A program made the translations under genes and the position numbers. A stretch of 64,000 nt of DNA. Origin: Alphaproteobacteria bacterium (GTDB lineage: Bacteria; Pseudomonadota; Alphaproteobacteria; UBA828). The DNA is taken from NCBI GenBank assembly GCA_965214705.1, contig CBDCCI010000002.1, forward strand, positions 2,080,001 to 2,144,000, read 5' to 3'. Within the stretch, counting starts at the first letter, position 1. The number at the start of each line of letters is the position of its first letter. The notes below the pieces were generated by a model. The model made no database searches, was not told the origin of the DNA, and saw nothing but the letters and a program-made list of their open reading frames with translations. Below are positions 59,692 to 64,000 of the stretch, piece after piece.

Positions 59692-60612
59692 ATGGCCGTC
59701 ACCACGTATCACGCCGAGCACGGTACGCTGCTGGAGCGCTTCTTCGAGCGCAACCGCGGGCCGCTCCTGGTCTCGCCGGCGCTCGCCGTGCTTTTCATCA
59801 TGAACATCTTTCCGCTGCTCTGGTCGTTCGGCCTGAGCTTCTATCGGTATCGGGCGAACCGTATCAAAGAGCCGGAATTCGTCTGGTTTAAGAATTACCA
59901 GAAGGTGCTGACCGACCCGGTGGTCTGGGAGCGCTTCCAGACCACGGCCATCGTGGTGACGGTCGACGTGTTGCTGCAGCTCGTGGTGGGCTTCCTGCTG
60001 GCGCTGCTCTTCGAGAAGACCTTCCCCGGACGCCGCGTGCTGCTCATGCTGGTGTTGACGCCGATGATGCTGAGCTTCGTCGCGGTCGGCGCCTTCTTCC
60101 GCTACTACTACGAGCCGACCTTCGGTCTCCTGAGCCAGGGGATCAAGGCGATCACGGGCGAACCCTTCATATTGCTGGGCTCCGAGGTCGGCGCGCTCGC
60201 CGGCATCATCTTCGCCGACGTCTGGATGTGGTCGCCCTTCGTGATGCTGCTGGTGCTGGCCGGCCTCGTCAGCGTGCCCAAGCACCTCTACGAGGCTGCC
60301 GAGATCGACCGGGCCTCGTGGTGGCGGCGGTTCTGGACGATCACCTTCCCCTACATCCGGGGCCTGCTGCTGCTGGCGATCCTGTTTCGCACCATCGAGG
60401 CGTTCAAGCTGTTCGACATCGTGTTCCTGATCACCGAGGGCGGGCCCGGCACCTCGACGGAGACCATCGCCGTCTACGTCTACCGGGTGGCCTTCCAGTA
60501 TTTCAAGACCAGCCAGTCGGCGGCGCTCGGCTATATTCTGCTCTTCGTGGTGATCGTGCTGACCAACCTCTATCTCTTCTTCGTCAGACGACGGGACGTG
60601 GAGGATCAATAG
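59692..60612 (+). CDS. Sugar ABC transporter permease
   Basis: EAAEIDRAS motif; multiple TM helices. Confidence 0.93.
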   Translation: MAVTTYHAEHGTLLERFFERNRGPLLVSPALAVLFIMNIFPLLWSFGLSFYRYRANRIKEPEFVWFKNYQKVLTDPVVWERFQTTAIVVTVDVLLQLVVGFLLALLFEKTFPGRRVLLMLVLTPMMLSFVAVGAFFRYYYEPTFGLLSQGIKAITGEPFILLGSEVGALAGIIFADVWMWSPFVMLLVLAGLVSVPKHLYEAAEIDRASWWRRFWTITFPYIRGLLLLAILFRTIEAFKLFDIVFLITEGGPGTSTETIAVYVYRVAFQYFKTSQSAALGYILLFVVIVLTNLYLFFVRRRDVEDQ

Positions 60613-60615
60613 GTC

Positions 60616-61485
60616 ATGGCGCGCAGACGGCGTGAAATCGGCAAAGCAGGCTGGGGGCGGACCGCGTTCTCGACGGTCATAAGCTTCATCTATTTCTTCC
60701 CGGTGCTGTGGATCATCCTGACCGCGTTCAAGAGCCACACCGACGCGCTCTCCACCCCGCCCAAGTTCATCTTCACGCCGACGCTTGACAACTTCGTCAG
60801 CGTCTTCGCCCGCGCCTACGAGCGCGGCGGCGCGGCGGTGGACACCCACTTCGATCTCTTCTTCTTCAACTCCATCTTCATCGCCGGCGCCTCGGTCGGG
60901 GTCGCGCTCATCATCGGCACAATCGCGGCCTACGGCTTCTCGCGCTGGCCGCTCCGGGGCAACGAGACCTACCTCTTCATCATCCTCACGACGCGGATGC
61001 TGCCGCCGATCATCGTCATCATTCCGATCTTCATCATGTTCCGTCTGAGCGGGCTCTCGGGCAGCTACATCGGCATCATCCTGCTCTACGCCGCCTTCAA
61101 CCTGCCCTTCACCATCTGGATGATGAAGAGCTTCTTCGACGAGATTCCGCGCGAGGTGGAAGACGCGGCGCGCATGGACGGCAGCTCGGAGATGAAGATC
61201 TTCTTCCGCATCTGCCTGCCGCAGGTGAAGGCCGGCATCGCGGCGACCGCCGTCTTCGGCCTGATCCTCACCTGGAACGAGTTTCTCTTCGCCCTGCTGC
61301 TCACCGGCCGCGACACGCGAACGGTGCCGGTCGCCATGGCGCAGACCATCGGCGGCGATATCGGCGTGCGCTGGGGGCTGCTGGCGGCGATCGAAACGCT
61401 GTTCCTGATCCCCGTGGTGTTCGTGACGTTCCTGCTGCAGAACCAGCTGCTGCGCGGCGTCACCTTCGGCACCATCAGGCGGTAG
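60616..61485 (+). CDS. Sugar ABC transporter permease
   Basis: EDAARMDGS motif; multiple TM helices. Confidence 0.93.
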   Translation: MARRRREIGKAGWGRTAFSTVISFIYFFPVLWIILTAFKSHTDALSTPPKFIFTPTLDNFVSVFARAYERGGAAVDTHFDLFFFNSIFIAGASVGVALIIGTIAAYGFSRWPLRGNETYLFIILTTRMLPPIIVIIPIFIMFRLSGLSGSYIGIILLYAAFNLPFTIWMMKSFFDEIPREVEDAARMDGSSEMKIFFRICLPQVKAGIAATAVFGLILTWNEFLFALLLTGRDTRTVPVAMAQTIGGDIGVRWGLLAAIETLFLIPVVFVTFLLQNQLLRGVTFGTIRR

Positions 61486-61492
61486 CGGGTCC

Positions 61493-62593
61493 ATGGCCGA
61501 TATCGAGCTGCGCAACCTAAGCAAGCATTTCGGCACGCTCGCCGCAGTCGACGACATCGACCTCGACGTGGAGGCCGGCGAGGTGGTGTGCCTGCTCGGG
61601 CCCTCCGGGTGCGGCAAGACCACGACGCTCCGCATGATCGCGGGGCTCGAGGACGCGACGGCGGGCGACATCTTCATCGCAGGTGCGCGGGTGAACGAGC
61701 TCGCGCCGCGCGATCGCGACATCGCCATGGTGTTCCAGTTCTACGCGCTCTATCCGAGCTTGACGGTGTCGGAGAACCTGGCCTTCCCCCTCCATGCCGA
61801 GCGCATCACCAAGGAGGAGATCGAGCGTCGGGTGAGGGAGATCGCAGGCCTGCTCGACCTCTCCCACGCGCTCGGCCGCGTCCCCGGCCGGCTCGCGGAG
61901 GGCGAGAAGCAGCGCGTCGCGGTCGGCCGGGCGGTCATCCGGGACCCGCAATGCTTCCTCTTCGACGAGCCTTTGAGCCGCCTCGACATCGCCGTGCGCC
62001 AGGAGATGCGCGGGCAGATCAAGCAGCTCCTCAACGGCCTGCACAAGGCGACCGTGATCGTGACCCACGACCAGATCGAGGCGCTCACCATCGCCGACCG
62101 GATCGCGGTGATGCGCGATGGCATCATCGAGCAGGTGGCGAGCCCGCACGACATCTTCGCCAAGCCCGCCAACGTCTTCGTCGCGGGCTTCATCGGCACG
62201 CCGCAGATGAACTTGGTCGAGGCCAACGTCATCGACGCGGACGAGGACACGGCGACCGTCAACATGCTGGGGCAAGAGGTGGCCCTGCCGCTGCATGCGG
62301 AGATCTCCCTGCAGGGCACCGTTGAGCGGCGCAATGCTCCGGTCACCGTAGGCGTGCGCCCGCGCGGACTGGCACCCGCATCCGAGGCCGGACCCACCAC
62401 GATCTCAGGCCAGATCGACCTGATCGAGCCGATGGGGGCGGAGACCCTGATCCATCTCCGCATCGGCGAGGACGACCTGCGCGTGGTGACGAGCCGTGGG
62501 CACCCGGCCGCGGTCGGCGAGACCATGCACGTGGCGCCGACGCCAGGGCAGGTCCATCTGTTCGACCACGACGGCGTGAGGATCGCCTCATGA
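61493..62593 (+). CDS. Sugar ABC transporter ATP-binding protein
   Basis: GPSGCGKTT, DEPL, VTHD; degenerate signature LAEGE. Confidence 0.93.
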   Translation: MADIELRNLSKHFGTLAAVDDIDLDVEAGEVVCLLGPSGCGKTTTLRMIAGLEDATAGDIFIAGARVNELAPRDRDIAMVFQFYALYPSLTVSENLAFPLHAERITKEEIERRVREIAGLLDLSHALGRVPGRLAEGEKQRVAVGRAVIRDPQCFLFDEPLSRLDIAVRQEMRGQIKQLLNGLHKATVIVTHDQIEALTIADRIAVMRDGIIEQVASPHDIFAKPANVFVAGFIGTPQMNLVEANVIDADEDTATVNMLGQEVALPLHAEISLQGTVERRNAPVTVGVRPRGLAPASEAGPTTISGQIDLIEPMGAETLIHLRIGEDDLRVVTSRGHPAAVGETMHVAPTPGQVHLFDHDGVRIAS

Positions 62594-62919
62594 GCGAGGC
62601 GCAGGTGGAGCCCCAGGAGGCACCGGCGCAGGAGAAGCCGGCACGGCGCAACATGTCCCGCCGCACGGCGCGGCTGATCGTGATCGCGATCATCGCGCTC
62701 TGCCTGCTCGCGCTCGTCTTCATCTTCCAGCCCGTCTACCGGCCGCTTTTCTCAGCCGGCTGCATCATGGTGGTGGCCGGAGGGCTCCTCTTCAATCTCA
62801 TCCCGTTTGCCAATACGCAGAACCCGGTGAGGCGGGTGGTGCGGGTCACCGCCATCGTCGGCGCCATCCTGCTCACCGCCGTGCTGGTCGCCCTCGGCTT
62901 CGTCGAGATCTTGCTCTAA
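62590..62919 (+). CDS. Small membrane protein
   Basis: Three hydrophobic segments; coupled to the ATPase gene. Confidence 0.75.
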   Translation: MSEAQVEPQEAPAQEKPARRNMSRRTARLIVIAIIALCLLALVFIFQPVYRPLFSAGCIMVVAGGLLFNLIPFANTQNPVRRVVRVTAIVGAILLTAVLVALGFVEILL

Positions 62920-62944
62920 AACCGGCACGCCGGAACTGCGCACG

Positions 62945-63409
62945 ATGACGAGAGACGACTACGTGGACCTGGTGGAGCGGCGCTACTTCGGCAGCGTCGC
63001 GCGAGCCGACATCCCGGCGGTGGTTGCCTGCTTCACCGACGACGCTTCGGTCACGATCTATCACGGCGATGCCGCGCCGCGCCTCTTCAAGGCCAAGCCC
63101 AGCGCCGGGGAAACGCCGCTGCCGCGCTTCTTCGAGCATCTGCTCGCCAACTACGAGCCCCAGTTCACCGAGTTCGTCCATTACGTGGACGTGGCCAACG
63201 AGCGCTGCGCCGCGATGTTTCTCGTGACGCTGACGCCAAAGCCCGGCTCGCCCTACCGCGACGCCGGTGTGCAACGCCTGCGCAACTGCAACTTCTTCCG
63301 CTGCCGGGACGGTCTCATCCACGAGATGACCATCTACTACAGCAATCCCGGCACCGCAGGCGGCACGGACGCCCACGGCTCCCGCCCCACCGGCTTTCCC
63401 CAGGCCTGA
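62945..63409 (+). CDS. SnoaL/NTF2-like protein
   Basis: LVERRYF...CFTDDA...DGLIHEMTIY. Confidence 0.8.
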   Translation: MTRDDYVDLVERRYFGSVARADIPAVVACFTDDASVTIYHGDAAPRLFKAKPSAGETPLPRFFEHLLANYEPQFTEFVHYVDVANERCAAMFLVTLTPKPGSPYRDAGVQRLRNCNFFRCRDGLIHEMTIYYSNPGTAGGTDAHGSRPTGFPQA

Positions 63410-63417
63410 CGCCGGGC

Positions 63418-64000
63418 CTAGCCCTCGCCGCTCCAGCCCTGCGGCGGGCGCGCGAACCAGACGTGGACCTGCCCGGTGCCCGCCGCGTTTTCGTAGTCGC
63501 TGACAAGCGTCCCGGGTGCGGTGCATGCGCGTCCACCCAGCGCGGCGATCATCATCAGGTAGTGGCCGAACAGGCCTTCCGGCTTGTGGGGGCGGAAGGC
63601 GTCCATGGAGTCGATGACCGCCGCGTGGTCGCCTTGCGCCCACCAGGCCAGACGCTCGAGGTCCGCGGCGCGCGCTTCGGGCGTGCGGATGTGGATCGGG
63701 TCCGAGGCTTCGTGCCGGTCGATTTCCGAGAGCGGCCAGAAGCGGTGGCTCATGCCCCCGCTCGCGAGCAGCACCACGCGCTCTTCCGACGCGATGATCG
63801 CCCGTCCGAGCGCGGCCCCCACCGCGAGAAAATCCTCGTCGCGCGCGGTCTGGCAGATGCTGACGGAGACCCACCGCTCGCCCCGGTTCAGGTAGTGGGC
63901 GAGGTTGACGGTGGGATAGTGGATCGGCAGGTGCGCGTCGTCGTTGGCAATGCAGGGTATGCCGGCGTGCTCGCGCACCACCGCCGCGATGCCCGCGGCC
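63418..64000 (-). CDS. LigB-family extradiol dioxygenase (HpaD-like), 5'-truncated by the window edge
   Basis: IHYPTVN, LLASGGMSHRFW, ENAAGTGQ. Confidence 0.85.
   Translation of the reverse strand, partial: AAGIAAVVREHAGIPCIANDDAHLPIHYPTVNLAHYLNRGERWVSVSICQTARDEDFLAVGAALGRAIIASEERVVLLASGGMSHRFWPLSEIDRHEASDPIHIRTPEARAADLERLAWWAQGDHAAVIDSMDAFRPHKPEGLFGHYLMMIAALGGRACTAPGTLVSDYENAAGTGQVHVWFARPPQGWSGEG

Noticed and set aside
349-63874. Many long antisense or alternative-frame ORFs (e.g. 10888-13068, 22379-24250, 32837-35293, 59503-61728)
   Set aside because: Shadow ORFs of high-GC genes, with no motifs, overlapping well-supported CDSs.

Overview
GC-rich, probably alphaproteobacterial DNA (mutT-argJ-secA synteny; the ankyrin and autotransporter types suggest a sponge or other invertebrate symbiont, which is inference). 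The window has three zones. (1) 1-35466 is a heavily nested mobile-element region at the end of an island. An ISNCY-like element (18295-25300) carries the same group II intron inserted exactly at both of its inverted-repeat ends, inside the 5-bp TSD. The left intron copy holds a second group II intron, which holds an IS1634, which holds a tyrosine-recombinase/IS91-type element. The zone also has IS66-in-IS630, a four-gene IS21 with a Toprim passenger, an IS110 with a readable bridge-RNA-like region, a DUF4338-IS4 fusion, two MITEs, and disrupted ankyrin, nuclease and replication-initiator genes. (2) 35467-47638 is a ~10.5-kb (plus IS1380) tailless, capsid-forming phage-satellite-like element integrated in tRNA-Pro(CGG). 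(3) 47671-64000 holds ordinary core and metabolic genes (amidase, enolase-superfamily enzyme, mutT, argJ, secA, YqgE, HAD, infA, sugar ABC transporter, dioxygenase). All family assignments come from motif recognition by eye; no database was searched.
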